DNA of 64,000 nt, taken from assembly GCA_002269645.1 (NCBI GenBank), contig NIVC01001147.1, positions 124,001-188,000 of the forward strand, written 5' to 3'. Made by a program: the position numbers and the translations under genes. The notes beneath the pieces were generated by a model. It searched no databases and was not told where the DNA came from. It was given only the letters and a program-made list of their open reading frames with translations. This DNA comes from Macrostomum lignano (Eukaryota). Numbering within the stretch: the first letter of the stretch is position 1; each line of letters starts with the position of its first letter. Positions 14,401 through 25,900 of this stretch are shown piece after piece.

Positions 14401-17400
14401 TCCGAATGTCACTCAAATTGTCACGCTCTTTCTCAGCACCCCTAATGTCACTCAAATTGTCACTCACTTTCTCGGCACTCCGAATGTCACTCCCATTGTC
14501 ACTCACTTTCTCAGCACTCCGAATGTCACTCAAATTGTCACTCACTTTATCGGCACTCCGAATGTCACTCAAATTGTCACTCACTTTCTCAGCACTCCGA
14601 ATGTCACTCAAATTGTCACTCACTTTCTCGGCACTCCGAATGTCACTCAAATTGTCACGCTCTTTCTCAGCACCCCGAATGTCACTCAAATTGTCACTCA
14701 CTTTCTCAGCACTCCGAATGTCACTCAAATTGTCACTCACTTTCTCAGCACTCCGAATGTCACTTCCATTGTCAACCACTTTCTCGGCACTCCGAATGTC
14801 ACTCCCATTGTCACGCTCTTTCTCAGCACTCCGAATGTCACTCAAATCGTCACGCTCTTTCTCAGCACCCCTAATGTCACTCAAATTGTCACTCACTTTC
14901 TCGGCACCCCTAATGTCACTATCTTCATTCAAAAAATGTCACTCTCTTGACATTCAGAGCGTTTGTCTTTTTTTATGCGTAACTCTTCCGTCACTCTAAA
15001 TATATCTAAGAACGCAATAAAACGCTTTCCAAAGAATAAAAGTACATCCAAGCCACCGCGAATCTCAATTTCCTCCAAGGCCGCGCATTGCCAGCGACAG
15101 ATTTCAGCGCAGCCGTCGGTCGCGCAGCGTCCTCGGGCCTGACCGCCGGCGCGCTCAGGCCGACTTCGCCGACAGCGGCCAGCGACGTCGGTTTCAGCTT
15201 TGGCGCCGGCAGCAGCGGCGGCGGCGGCGGCGGCGTAGTCGGCGCGCCGGGCAAGAAGCGCCAGCTGCCGCAGGTGCCCGGCGGCGGAGGCGGCGCGTCG
15301 CCTTTCGTCCGAATCGACAGCCCGGCGACGGCAGCGGCGGCGGCAGCCTCAGAGCAGCTGGCTTACCAACAGCTTCATCGTCAGCAGCCTCCGCATCTGC
15401 AGCATCATCGCAGCAGCCTGGGCAGTCGGCACCCGGCGCCCCGGCTGATGCAGGAAGACGAGGCCGGAGCGATTAGCGACGTGTCGGAGAACTCGGACAT
15501 CTCCGAGCTGTCCAAGAGGTCGGGGGTGTCCGGGTACAGCGACCGGCACGCCAGGAGAAGCTTGGCCGGCCTACCCGCAACTGGAGCGGCGGCGGCAGCA
15601 GCTGGACACGCCGGCGGCTCCGGCAGCGGACGATCGAGGAAAGCGTCGACTTCAGCTTTGGTCGGCGCCGACGGCAGCTCCGGCAGCGGAGGCGGCAACG
15701 GCAGCGGCGGCGCTGGCGGCTCGAGGACGGAGAAAAACCGGCGGGCCAGCATGGGACAGAAGTTCAGCAGCTTCATTCCGGGTCTCAATCGGAAAAGCTC
15801 ATCGGCCACGAACCTTGGTGAGCTTGATAGAAGCTGGTTGCCCCTGGGATGAGGTTGGTTCCCCTGAGATGAGGCTAGTTCCTTCCGAGATGAGGCTAGT
15901 TCCTTCTGAGATGAAGCTAGTTCCTTCCGAGATGAGGCTAGTTCCTTCTGAGATGAGGCTAGTTCCTTCTGAGATGAGGCTAGTTCCTTCTGAGATGAGG
16001 CTAGTTCCCCTGAGATGAGGCTAGTTCCCCTGAGATGAGGCTAGTTCCTTCTGAGATGAGGCTAGTTCCTTCTGAGATGAGGCTAGTTCCTTCTGAGATG
16101 AGGCTAGTTCCCCTGAGATGAGGCTAGTTCCCCTGAGATGAGGCTAGTTCCCCTGAGATGAGGCTAGTTCCCCTGAGATGAGGCTAGTTCCTTCTGAGAT
16201 GAGGCTAGTTCCCCTGAGATGAAGCTAGTTCCCCTGAGATAAGGCTAGTTCCTTCTGAGATGAGGCTAGTTCCCCTGAGATGAGGCTAGTTCCCCTGAGA
16301 TGAGGCTAGTTCCTTCTGAGATGAGGCTAGTTCCCCTGAGATGAGGCTAGTTCCTTCTGAGATGAAGCTAGTTCCTTCTGAGAGGAAGCTAGTTCCTTCT
16401 GAGATGAGGCTAGTTCCTTCTGAGATGAGGCTAGTTCCCCTGAGATGATGCTAGTTCCTCCTGAGATGATGCTAATTCCCCTTTAGATGATCGATTTAAA
16501 AAAATAATTTCCAGTCAGCAGCACCATGAGCTCCATGCTCATCGAAGCACTTCCATCTTTTCGTTTGCTCAGCCTAATCCCAGCACGCGGCCATGAGCAG
16601 AGCAGATTATTAGTAGTGATGGAGGTTTAAATAATCTATAATGAATTATTAATTCTATTCTGCCAATTCATGCTGGTAATATTCCCAGGACAAGATTAGT
16701 TCGAGTTAAAAGAATAAGTTCTTGTCTTAAAAACTGTTCTCAAGACGAATGTATATACGCTCTACCGGTAGATCGTTGCATCAATTTTTCTCTGCTTTAG
16801 CTAATCCACTGTTTCCAATATCAAATTTCAAAGTAGTCCTTTCTCCGTATTTATTATGCGAGAAATATGAGTCCCCGGATGTTGTATCCAGCGGGTCTTT
16901 CGAATCGCAAGCAGAACGGAACAGCAAGCAGCAGTCGAGATGGAGGGTGGAGGCAGCTGCTTCTTGGGCCACCTCCTAGTTCCCAATGCCCCTTACTTCC
17001 CTCTTCACCGAGTCACTCTCTTTCCCAGGACTCAGCATCCGCTGTTGGCATGGACGCCTTAAACTAGACGTCTGGATTGGAAACACAGCGCATTGACGAC
17101 TAAAGACCTTTTTGTCTGCAGCTTTAGGCTTCTGATGATCTAGGTGATGATACCCTAGTGATCCTGGTGATGACACCCTAGTGATCCTGGTGATGATACC
17201 CTAGTGATCCTAGTGATGAAACCTTAGTGATCCTGGTGATGATACCCTAGTGATCCTGGTGATGACACCCTAGTGATCCTGGTGATGATATCCTAGTGAT
17301 CCTGGTGATGACACCCTAGTGATCCTGGTGATGATACCCTAGTGATCCTGGTGATGACGCCCTAGTGATCCTGGTGATGACACCCTAGTGATCCTGATGA

Positions 17401-20400
17401 TGACACCCTAGTGATCCTGGTGATGATACCCTAATGATCCTGGTGATGACACCTTAGTGATCGTGGTGATGACACACTAGTGATCCCAGTGATGACACCC
17501 TAGTGATCCTAGTGATGATACCCTAGTGATCCTGGTGATGATGCCCTATAGTGATCCTGGTGATGACACACTAGTGATCCCAGTGATGATACCCTCGTGA
17601 TCGTGGTGATGATGCCCTATAGTGATAAGCTCTGTACACTGAAGATAACTGCAGCTTGCTATCACAATTTTTTACCAATGCTCAGTCGCGCCCAACCGCC
17701 AGCCCAGATCACTCATCTAGTACTCCCTGACAGTAATCCCAAGCATATTGGGGAACAGTTTAACGATTATCTCCAGTCCGCCAGAGATAAGAAAACAGAG
17801 CTGAGAGAAGGAGCAGTGAGAATGAGGCTTGTGCTCGAATCTGCATATCTCCATGACGTACTTGGGGCTGGCAACTCTCGAATGAGTATATTTAACGGGC
17901 TGCATGGGCTAAAGCTATATTGTCTGAGTAGGGCTTGTGTGCACGACAGAACTCCCAAGTCACAGAGTGTACATGCCTGACGGTTTAAAAAGTCAGGACC
18001 ATTGTACACCCTGTGTGAGCGTGTGTCTGTGCGCTCAGGACTCAGCGGAATGGGCTGAATGACCCATGTAGATCGCGCTAGTTCCTGCCAAGGACGACTT
18101 AAGTAGAAGGACGGGAAACCTCGTTTCTTAGAAAATTTTTGAAGGCACTTTTTTCCGAAAAAATACACTGCGGAGATAGGAAATTTTCATTTTTTCAGCA
18201 CAAAAATTGCTATAACTTTTGATAGGAGGTAGATCCAGTGTTGATCTTTTGATATGTTGTGCCTTTTTTATTGCTCTATCGATATTTATAAAGCTTTTCG
18301 TTCAGAAAATTAGGATTCTATGTTAATTTTTTATTTTACGTATATTTCCTGTATCTAAAAATCACAAAAATGCATGACACAGCTCTAATATTTGGTTTTA
18401 TGAATCTATTTTATCATCTATGTTACGACTATTTGCTATACAGTCAGGTAAGAAGGATAAAATAGACTCATAAAATCAAAGAGCCAAGCCGTGGCATTCT
18501 AATGTATTTCAAGCACAAGACACATGAAAATATACGTAGAATAAAAAATTAACACAGAATCCTAATTTTCTGAACGGAAAGCTTTATAAATATCGATAGA
18601 GCAATAAAAAAGGCACAACATATCAAAAGATCAACACTGGATCTACCTCCTATCAAAAGTTATAGCAATTTTTGTGCTGAAAAAATGAAAATTTCCTATC
18701 TCCGCAGTGTATTTTTTCGGGAAAAAGTGCCTTCAAAAATTTTCTAAGAAACGAGGTTTCCCGTCCTTCTACTTAAGTCGTCCTTGGTTCCTGCTTGTAC
18801 CAAGGACCACTAGCAGTATATCGGCTAATGGTCCTTGGCTTGTACCTGCTCCCCCTTTGTGCGCTTGGGCTCCCCTCCCCCGAGTTTTGCTAAATAATGT
18901 CCACATTAGCTATGCGCATCTAATAATAATGTTTGATTTACTATTGCACATATGGCACACAGAATAATAGCATGTTTTCTATGCCGGCTAAAATTGCAGA
19001 TTATTGAGGGCAAGAGCTGGGCGGGATAGCAGCTTGCTCGGATGTCGAGGATTTGCGATGCGGGAAGGGGATATGAAAGCGTGGGCGTGTGTTACGCGAC
19101 AAATAGAAGGGAAGGATAGATCACACTCTTCTCTCCTCTTGCTCCCCAGATTCCTCTGCGACATCAGAGAGCTGTCCTCAAGAGTCCCAAATAACACAAC
19201 CCGGCTTCCGTCAGATCCGTCGGTCGCGCGTCCACTCCTAACACCTTTTTTCTAACCCCCTGCCTGTCTCTTGATTCTTACCGCTGAAGCAGAGGAGTTG
19301 CAGTCTGGCGTATTTACTGATCGATTATAGATAGATTGTGGCGCATCTCTGACTGGTAACTCGTCAGATGTACTTTAGTAGCTTAGCTGGCCGCGGCAGA
19401 CAGCTGTCTAAATCGACAACTTACCTGGTTGACTTTACAAGAAACTTTTAAAAGTATTCTAACTTAAGAATTCTAAATATAAAATTCCAACAATAAAACA
19501 AAATAAGAACTAAATTATTGATAAAAATCGCCCCTAAACACCACAAAACTCAGCAAATTCTTGATAAAAATCGCCCCTAAACACCCCACAAAACTCAGCA
19601 AATTCTTGATAAAAATCGGCCCTAAACACCACAAAACTCAGCAAATTCTTGAAAAAAATCGCCCCTAAACACCCCACAAAACTCAGCAAATTCTTGATAA
19701 AAATCGCCCCTAAAAACCCCACAAAACTCAGCAAATTCTTGAAAAAAATCGCCCCTAAACACCCCACAAAACTCAGCAAATTCTTGAAAAAATCGCCCCT
19801 AAACACCACAAAACTCAGCAAATTCTTGAAAAAAATCGCCCCTAAACACCACAAAACTCAGCAAATTCTTGAAAAAAATCGCCCCTAAACACCACAAAAC
19901 CCAGCAAATTCTTGATAAAAATCGCCCCTAAACACCCCACAAAACCCAGCAAATTCTTGAAAAAAATCGCCCCTAAACACCCCACAAAACCCAGCAAATT
20001 ATTGATAAAAATCGCCCCTAAACACCCCACAAAACCCAGCAAATTCTTGATAAAAATCGCCCCTAAACACCCCACAAAACTCAGCAAGTTCTTTATAAAT
20101 CGCCACTAATCGATTGTAAAAATCCGAAAACCACGTACGCATCATCACTTACCGGAAATCAAAAATTAAAAAATCGTTCATTCCTGTTGCTAGAGAAGAA
20201 GAACAAAGGCACATTTCAACGCTCTGAGGAGGTGCTGCCGCCTAGCATGACCGCAGCGGCCTACTCAAGAGATCCCATGAGCTCTAACCGACCTGGCGGT
20301 GGTCACCGAACTCAGCCGCAACAGCAACAGCAGCAGCCGCAGCAACAGCAGCAATTGTTGCAGCAACAGCAGATGATGCTGCAACAACAGCAGATGATGC

Positions 20401-22836
20401 TGCAGCAACAGCAACTGCAGTTCCAGCAGCAACCACAGCAGTTCAGCACCCAAGAGTCTAGCGATGGCAGCCTGCCGAGTTTCGATCCGACAGTGTAAGA
20501 CTTTTATGTTTTCATCGTGGGTTTTTTATCGCAATTGCGTTTTGGTTTTAGTCGGCAACTTCTGGCAGGCAGTAGACCCGCAGCAGCAGCCTTCCAGAGT
20601 CTCTTTGAGTCGCCTTTCGGAGTCTCCTTGAGTCACCTTCCAAAGTCTCTTTAAGTCTGCACCTTCCAGAGTCTCTTTGAGTCACCTTCCAGAGTCTCTT
20701 TGACTCACTTTCCAGAGTCTCTTTAAGGCACCTTTCAGAGTCTCTTTGACTCACCTTCCAGAGTCTCTTTAAGGCACCTTTCAGAGTCTCTTTGACTCAC
20801 CTTCCAGAGTCTCTTTAAGGCACCTTCCAGAGTCTCTTTAAGTCGCCTTCCACAATCTCTTTGAGTCACCTTCCAGAGTCTCTTTGAGTCACCTTCCAGA
20901 GTCTCTTTGAGTCACCTTCCATTGTCTCTTTGAGTCACCTTCCAGAGTCTCTTTAAGTCGCCTTCCAGAGTCTCTTTGACTCACCTTCCAGAGTCTCTTT
21001 AAGGCACCTTCCAGAGTCTCTTTTAGTCGCCTTCCACAAACTCTTTGAGTCACCTTCCATTGTCTCTTTGAGTCACCTTCCAGAGTCTCTTAAAGTCGCT
21101 TTCCAGAGTCTCTTTGAGTCACCTTCCAGAGTCTCTTTGAGTCGCCTTCCAGAGTCTCTTTAAGTCACCTTCCAGTCTCTTTAAGTCACCTTCCAGTCTC
21201 TTTAAGTCACCTTCCAGTCTCTTTAAGTCACCTTCAAGTCACCTGCGTATTAAGGTGAATCGAGTTTTAATCAACCGTTACAAACGACACTAACTCAACC
21301 AACACTGCTCACTCTCAGGCTCAGCGCTGCTCCCGAAGGCCAGCTAACGGAATTCGTGGAAGGCCTGGGCCCCGGCCAACTAGTTGGCAGGCAGGTGCTT
21401 GGCACGCCCTGCCTCGGCGAGATCCAACTGGGCCTGTTCAACAGGAAGGGCCGCCTCGAGGTTGAGGTCATCCGGGCCAGGGGACTGTACGCTAAGAAGG
21501 GCGCAAAGATGCTGCCGGCTCCGTATGTTAAAGTCTACCTGCTCGAAGCTAAGAATTGCGTTGAGAAACAGAAAACTTCCGTGACTAGGCGGACTCTCGA
21601 CCCTCTGTACCAGCAGCAGCTCATCTTTATGGAGGATTTCAGAGGAAAGATACTGCAGGTGAGAGACTGTCTATATCGAGACTAACTCATTATTGTACGA
21701 CTCATCCTCAGCTTGGGACTCACTGACTGATCCCTATGATCCTCAATCAGCTTGGGACTCACTGACTGATCCCTGTGATCCTCAATCAGATTGGGACTCA
21801 CTGACTGATCCCTGTGATCCTCAATCAGATTGGGACTCACTGACTGATCCCTGTGATCCTCAATCAGATTGGGACTCACTGACTGATCCCTGTGATCCTC
21901 AATCAGATTGGGACTCACTGACAGATCCCTGTGATCCTCAACCAGATTGGGACTCACTGACTGATCCCTGTGATCCTCAATAAGATTGGGACTCACTGAC
22001 TGATCCCTGTGATCCTCAATCAGATTGTGACTCACTGACGGATCCCTACGATCCTCAACCAGATTGGGACTACTGACGGATCCCTGTGATCCTCAACTAG
22101 ATTGGGACTACTGACGAATCCCTGTGATCGTCAACCAGATTGGGACTCACTGACTGATTCTCAACCAGATTGGGACTCACTGACTGATCCCTGTGATCCT
22201 CAATCAGATTGGGACTCACTGACTGATCCCTGTGATCCTCAATAAGATTGGGACTCACTGACTGATCCCTGTGATCCTCAATCAGATTGTGACTCACTGA
22301 CGGATCCCTACGATCCTCAACCAGATTGGGACTACTGACGGATCCCTGTGATCCTCAACTAGATTGGGACTACTGACGAATCCCTGTGATCGTCAACCAG
22401 ATTGGGACTCACTGACTGATTCTCAACCAGATTGGGACTCACTGACTGATCCTCAATCAGATTGGGACTCACTGACAGATCCCTGTGATCCTCAACCAGA
22501 TTGGGACTCACTGACTGATCCCTGTGATCCTCAACCAGATTGGGACTCACTGACTGATCCCTATGATCCTCGTCTGATCCTGCTTTTGCAATCGCGCAGG
22601 TCACAGTGTGGGGTGACTACGGTCGAATGGATCGGAAAGCCTTCATGGGCGTCTGTCAGGTGATGCTGGACGACCTAGATTTAGTCAACATAGTGATCGG
22701 CTGGTACAAACTCTACCCGACCTCCTCGCTGGTGCACCATCATCACAGGCGTTCCTCTTCTTCATCGATTGATGCAGCATCCACTGCCGCAGCTGCCGCA
22801 GCCTCCGGCTCCGCAGCTGGCGGTGGTCTAAGGTAG
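121..22836 (+). CDS. RIMS: RIM / unc-10 presynaptic active-zone protein (PDZ, C2A, C2B); 5' part (Zn-finger/Rab-binding region) lies upstream of the window
   Basis: 13 exons join in frame with GT-AG ends: 121-747, 838-893, 3212-3311, 4104-4335, 5496-5539, 6785-6995, 8044-8203, 8289-8381, 12147-12204, 15080-15817, 20194-20494, 21319-21658, 22600-22836(TAG). RIM signatures: KVKSFLS|[70 protein letters not shown]2[24 protein letters not shown]. Confidence 0.95.
935..2405. repeat. 35-bp minisatellite CTGATAAAATGGAGTGACCACCACCACCCCTGTTG (RIM intron)
   Basis: About 40 tandem units; a variant block near 1155-1280 recurs near 2340-2405. Confidence 0.95.
3212..4335 (+). CDS. RIMS: RIM PDZ-domain exons (3212-3311, 4104-4335)
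   Basis: [25 protein letters not shown]|[44 protein letters not shown]; phase-1 intron between the two exons. Confidence 0.93.
3318..4047. repeat. 16-bp minisatellite CATGGGATCAGAGAGA (RIM intron)
   Basis: Starts 6 nt after the donor and fills most of the intron. Confidence 0.95.
5221..5474. repeat. (TCTA)n/(TCTG)n microsatellite (RIM intron)
   Basis: Seen directly; ends about 21 nt before the acceptor. Confidence 0.95.
6050..6700. repeat. Degenerate 19-bp minisatellite CAGAATCCTCATCACCCCT / CAGAATCTTCATCAGCCTC (38-bp dimer)
   Basis: Two variant units alternate. Confidence 0.9.
6785..8381 (+). CDS. RIMS: RIM C2A-domain exons (6785-6995, 8044-8203, 8289-8381)
   Basis: [15 protein letters not shown]|[29 protein letters not shown]|VEIVLSD..PNWFRL; phases 2 and 0 are consistent. 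Confidence 0.9.
7030..8014. repeat. 21-bp minisatellite AGAGCTCAAAATCACATCATC (RIM intron inside C2A)
   Basis: About 47 units; source of the spurious FKITSSE/DDVILNS ORFs. Confidence 0.97.
8427..10910. repeat. 32/44-bp minisatellite GGGCTGTGTAATCCCACTGATTGCTCACTGACTGCTCACTGACA
   Basis: Long homogeneous array with an optional 12-bp internal module. Confidence 0.97.
10935..11620. repeat. 36-bp minisatellite GACAGATGACAGGGT(A/G)(T/G)G..AATCACAGATATG(TGT/ATT), two sub-blocks
   Basis: Seen directly; immediately adjacent to the 8427-10910 array. Confidence 0.95.
12238..12550. repeat. 22-bp minisatellite CTCACTGTCCTCTTATTGGCGA
   Basis: Seen directly. Confidence 0.92.
12882..13180 (+). mobile_element. 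tRNA-derived SINE with CORE (MIR-like) domain, copy 1
   Basis: A box TAGCTTAGTGG, B box GGTTCGATTC, core GTCCTTGAGCAAGACACTTAAC..CAGCTGTAAAATGGG, (ATT)n tail; close paralogue at 47686. Confidence 0.88.
13282..13330. repeat. (GTACACCT)6 short tandem repeat
   Basis: Seen directly. Confidence 0.9.
13988..14945. repeat. 39-bp minisatellite CTCCGAATGTCACTCAAATTGTCACTCACTTTCTCGGCA
   Basis: About 24 units; 13-aa periodic ORFs on both strands. Confidence 0.96.
15080..15817 (+). CDS. RIMS: RIM linker exon with RIM-BP-binding-type RQLPQVP motif
   Basis: ORF 15088..15852; acceptor tttcctccaag (alternative in-frame acceptor at 15094), donor G|GTGAGC at 15818; KKRQLPQVP and RKSSSATNL. Confidence 0.85.
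15850..16490. repeat. 21-bp minisatellite GAGATGAGGCTAGTTCCTTCT
   Basis: Degenerate edge units reach back almost to the donor at 15818. Confidence 0.95.
17140..17625. repeat. 23-bp minisatellite CCCTAGTGATCCTGGTGATGA(T/C)A
   Basis: Seen directly. Confidence 0.94.
18089..18786. mobile_element. Non-autonomous foldback DNA transposon (MITE-like; P or hAT superfamily), 698 bp
   Basis: Ends CAAGGACGACTTAAG..CTTAAGTCGTCCTTG; arms near-identical inverted for about 270 bp and still similar up to a roughly 30-bp centre; flanked by an 8-bp direct repeat GTTCCTGC (18081-18088, 18787-18794). Confidence 0.92.
19520..20105. repeat. 43-45-bp minisatellite AAAAATCGCCCCTAAACACCCCACAAAACTCAGCAAATTCTTGA
   Basis: Seen directly. 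Confidence 0.94.
20588..21245. repeat. 23-bp minisatellite CCTTCCAGAGTCTCTTTGAGTCA
   Basis: Seen directly. Confidence 0.94.
21319..22836 (+). CDS. RIMS: RIM C2B-domain exons (21319-21658, 22600-22836)
   Basis: [43 protein letters not shown]|[17 protein letters not shown]; stop TAG ends at 22836. Confidence 0.95.
21705..22570. repeat. 39-bp minisatellite GATTGGGACTCACTGACTGATCCCTGTGATCCTCAATCA with a 262-bp higher-order duplication
   Basis: Variant block at 22021 recurs at 22283. Confidence 0.94.
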
Positions 22837-23364
22837 TAACTACCGACAAGTTTATTATTAGTAATTCAAGCCTTCATCAACCATTATAGCAATTGATTGT
22901 TTATCTACTATTATAGTCTATGCATGCTACTCACAAGCCGATGTAATTTCAGTAGTACTAACGAATATTTAAACTAGTGTATATTTTGTGACCATGAGAA
23001 ATGATTGATTCAAATATTTTTGTCTGCAGAAAAATAATAGAATCTCTTTGAGCTCCTGAGTTGCCGAACTTGGCGGGACCCCCAGTATTTTCTATTCTAG
23101 TTGAGCATTGCACTGTCAGTAGCCCAGTACTGATATTTTTTATATTTTCCACCAATTACTGGAGACCTCATCACCGAAACTAAATTTTCTCTAGGACTTA
23201 AGCATCCGAGAGCGAACTCAGCTTTTTCTCTTTGTTTGCTTAATTCGCTCGGTTTATAATAATTCGACTTGGTGCTAATGGAAAGAGTGCACGAGTGTTG
23301 AACTGAAGTTCAATATTTATAATGAGTTGAGCCCTTATGAGTTCGGACTGACAAAGTTTATGTT

Positions 23365-23665
23365 GAGTTCATGAGTGAGTTAATGAGTGATTTTATGAGT
23401 GAGTCATGAGTAAGTCATGAGTGAGTTCTAGAGTGATTTTATGAGTGAGTCATGAGTGAGTCATAAATGAGTTCATGACTGAGTCATAAATGAGTTCATG
23501 ACTGAGTCATGATTTAGTTCATGAGTGAGTTCATGAGTGAGTTGTGAGTTAGTTCATGAGTGAGTCAAAATTGAGTTCATGAGTTATGAGTGAGTCATGA
23601 GTGAGTCATATGTGAGTTCATGAGTGCGTTATGAGTGAGTACATAAGTGAGTTCATGAATGAACA
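23365..23665. repeat. 11-12-bp repeat (ATGAGTGAGTC / ATGAGTGAGTTC) downstream of the RIM stop
   Basis: Seen directly. Confidence 0.9.
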
Positions 23666-24304
23666 GGATGCTGTATCCAATATACTACATGTATCGAAGA
23701 AGTTAATTTTATAAGCAGTTATAGTGTTTAATTTTATGTTTCCTCATTCCGAAATAAAATAATTGACAAACTGGGACTTACTCATTACTTTGCTCCAGTT
23801 GAAAATAACAAAATTGACACATTTTTTCGCAGTTTCCTATTTTCCTACGATTTTTTTGCGCTAAATTCAAATTTCTATGCTGGACCCTCGATTGTAGCCT
23901 GGAACTGAAGGCTTGCTCGAATAAGCTGTTCACACCTTATATACCCTGACAGTTAATGAAGATTACTTACTAATGTATTTTTTCATTCTTTTTTCTCATT
24001 AAATAAATTTGTTATTTCACAGTTGAAATTTCTTTTAACGCGCCGGATGCGGATTTAAACGCGTTTTAATAAAATTCATTAATCATTTCTGAATCATTAA
24101 TCGTTCTTATATAGAAACGAGGCCAACTCCTCCGTTGGCGGAGTGAGGGGATAGAACTCCCATCGCCAGAATTTCATTCCCCGAAACCATCAGCTGAATC
24201 CAATGACACGAATCCCATCGTCCAAATCCTCTCCAAATCCTATATTAACCTCCCAAAAACCATGTTGTTTTACCTGTGTGCAAAAATTGACTGCCTGCCA
24301 TCGT

Positions 24305-25900
24305 CCAGACTGAGACTCTCGTCTGTCTCCTCTCTCCTCTTTGCTCTCTCATCTCTAATCTCTCCTATGTCCTCTCTGCTCTCTCATCTCTAATCTCTCC
24401 TATCTCCTCTCTGCTCTCATCTCCTCGCTTATCTATCATTTCTCATGTCTACTCTCTTATCTCTCCTCACTACTTTCTCCTCTCAACTTTTTCCTCTCTC
24501 CTCTTTTATCTCTTCTCTCTCCTCTCCTTTATCTCCTCTCTGCTCTCTCATCTCTCTACTTTCTCCCCTCTCCTCTCTCCCTTATCCTCTTGCTTCTCTC
24601 CCCTCTCTCTCCCCTCATCTCTACTAATTTATCTCTTCTCTCTCGTCTTTTGGCTCTACTCCCTCTGTCTCCTCTTTCTCCTCTCTTACCCCTCTCCTCT
24701 CTCCTCTCAATTCCTTCATCTCTTCTCTCGCCTTTATTCTCTTTTTTCTTTTCTCTAATCTGTCCCTTTTAATTCTCTCTTTTCATGTTCTCTTTCATCT
24801 AATCTTTTATCTACTCTAGCCTTTTCTCTTTTCTCTATTCCCTTTCAATTTAACCATTTCATCCTCTCCATGAAACAGCTATCATCAAAATCCTCTCCGT
24901 TAAACTGCAATCTAGCTTGTATCATCCTCCTTCAAGCTACAATCCATCGATTTAAAAAAATACTATCTCTATCAAATTTCAGTCAATCAAGACTATGAAA
25001 CTGAAGTCTATAAAAATATGATTTTTACTTGTCTGGGTATACGTCAAAAAATCTTCCAAATCTTCCAAATCCTCCATAAAACCTCTGAAATATCATAGCA
25101 TGTTTTCCCTGTTTACAAAAATTGACTGCCATCGTCCAGACTGAGACTCTCTCCTGTCGCCTCTCTCCTCTTTGCTCCTTTATCTAATCTCTTCTTTCTG
25201 CTTCCTGCTCTCCATCTCCTCTCTCATCTCTACTCTTACTTTCTTATCAATCACCTCCCATCTCTCATCTCTCCCCTCTATTTTCTCATCTCTATTCTCT
25301 CATCTTTCCCCTTTTGCTCTCTCATTTGTTTTTTCATCTCTCTCTTCTCTCCCTTCTCTTCTCGCTTCGCTCTCTCCCCTCTTCTCTCTATCTCTTCTCT
25401 CCTGTCTTCTCTCAATTCTCTCTATCTCTCCTCTTCTCTCTCATCTCTCATCTCTACTCGCTTATCTATCGCCTCTCCTCTACCCTGTCCTCTCTCTCTC
25501 CTCTTTTTTCTCTCTCGTCTCTCCTCTCTGCTCTCAATTCTCATACTCCTATTTTCTCTCTTACCCTCTCCCTCTTCATCTCTCATCTTTCCCCTCTTCT
25601 CTCTACCGTCTCCTGTCTCATCTCTCCTCTCTCTTCTCTCTCCTCTGTACTATCTTATCCCTCCTCTCTCCTCCCATCTTTCCTCCCTCCTTTGCTCTCT
25701 CATTTTCCTCTCTCCCCTCCTTTCTTCCCTCTACTTTCTCTTCTCTTCGCTCTCCCTCTTCATCATTCCCGCCTCACTCCCCTCTTCTCTCCCCTCTGGC
25801 TCTGTCGTCTTTAATCTCTTATCTCTCATATCTACTGTCTTTCTATCATCTTTCTATCCTCTCTTCTCCTTGAAATCTCTCTTCTCTTTACTCTCTTATC
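24305..25900. repeat. CT-rich low-complexity tracts in two blocks, each preceded by a duplicated head of about 130 bp
   Basis: CAAAAATTGACTGCC..ATCGTCCAGACTGAGACTCTC at about 24280-24320 and 25116-25150 (spacing 831 bp). Confidence 0.85.

Noticed and set aside
13904-14999. Three ORFs over 320 aa with 13-aa periodicity
   Set aside because: A 39-bp stop-free unit is open in several frames on both strands; it lies inside a RIM intron.
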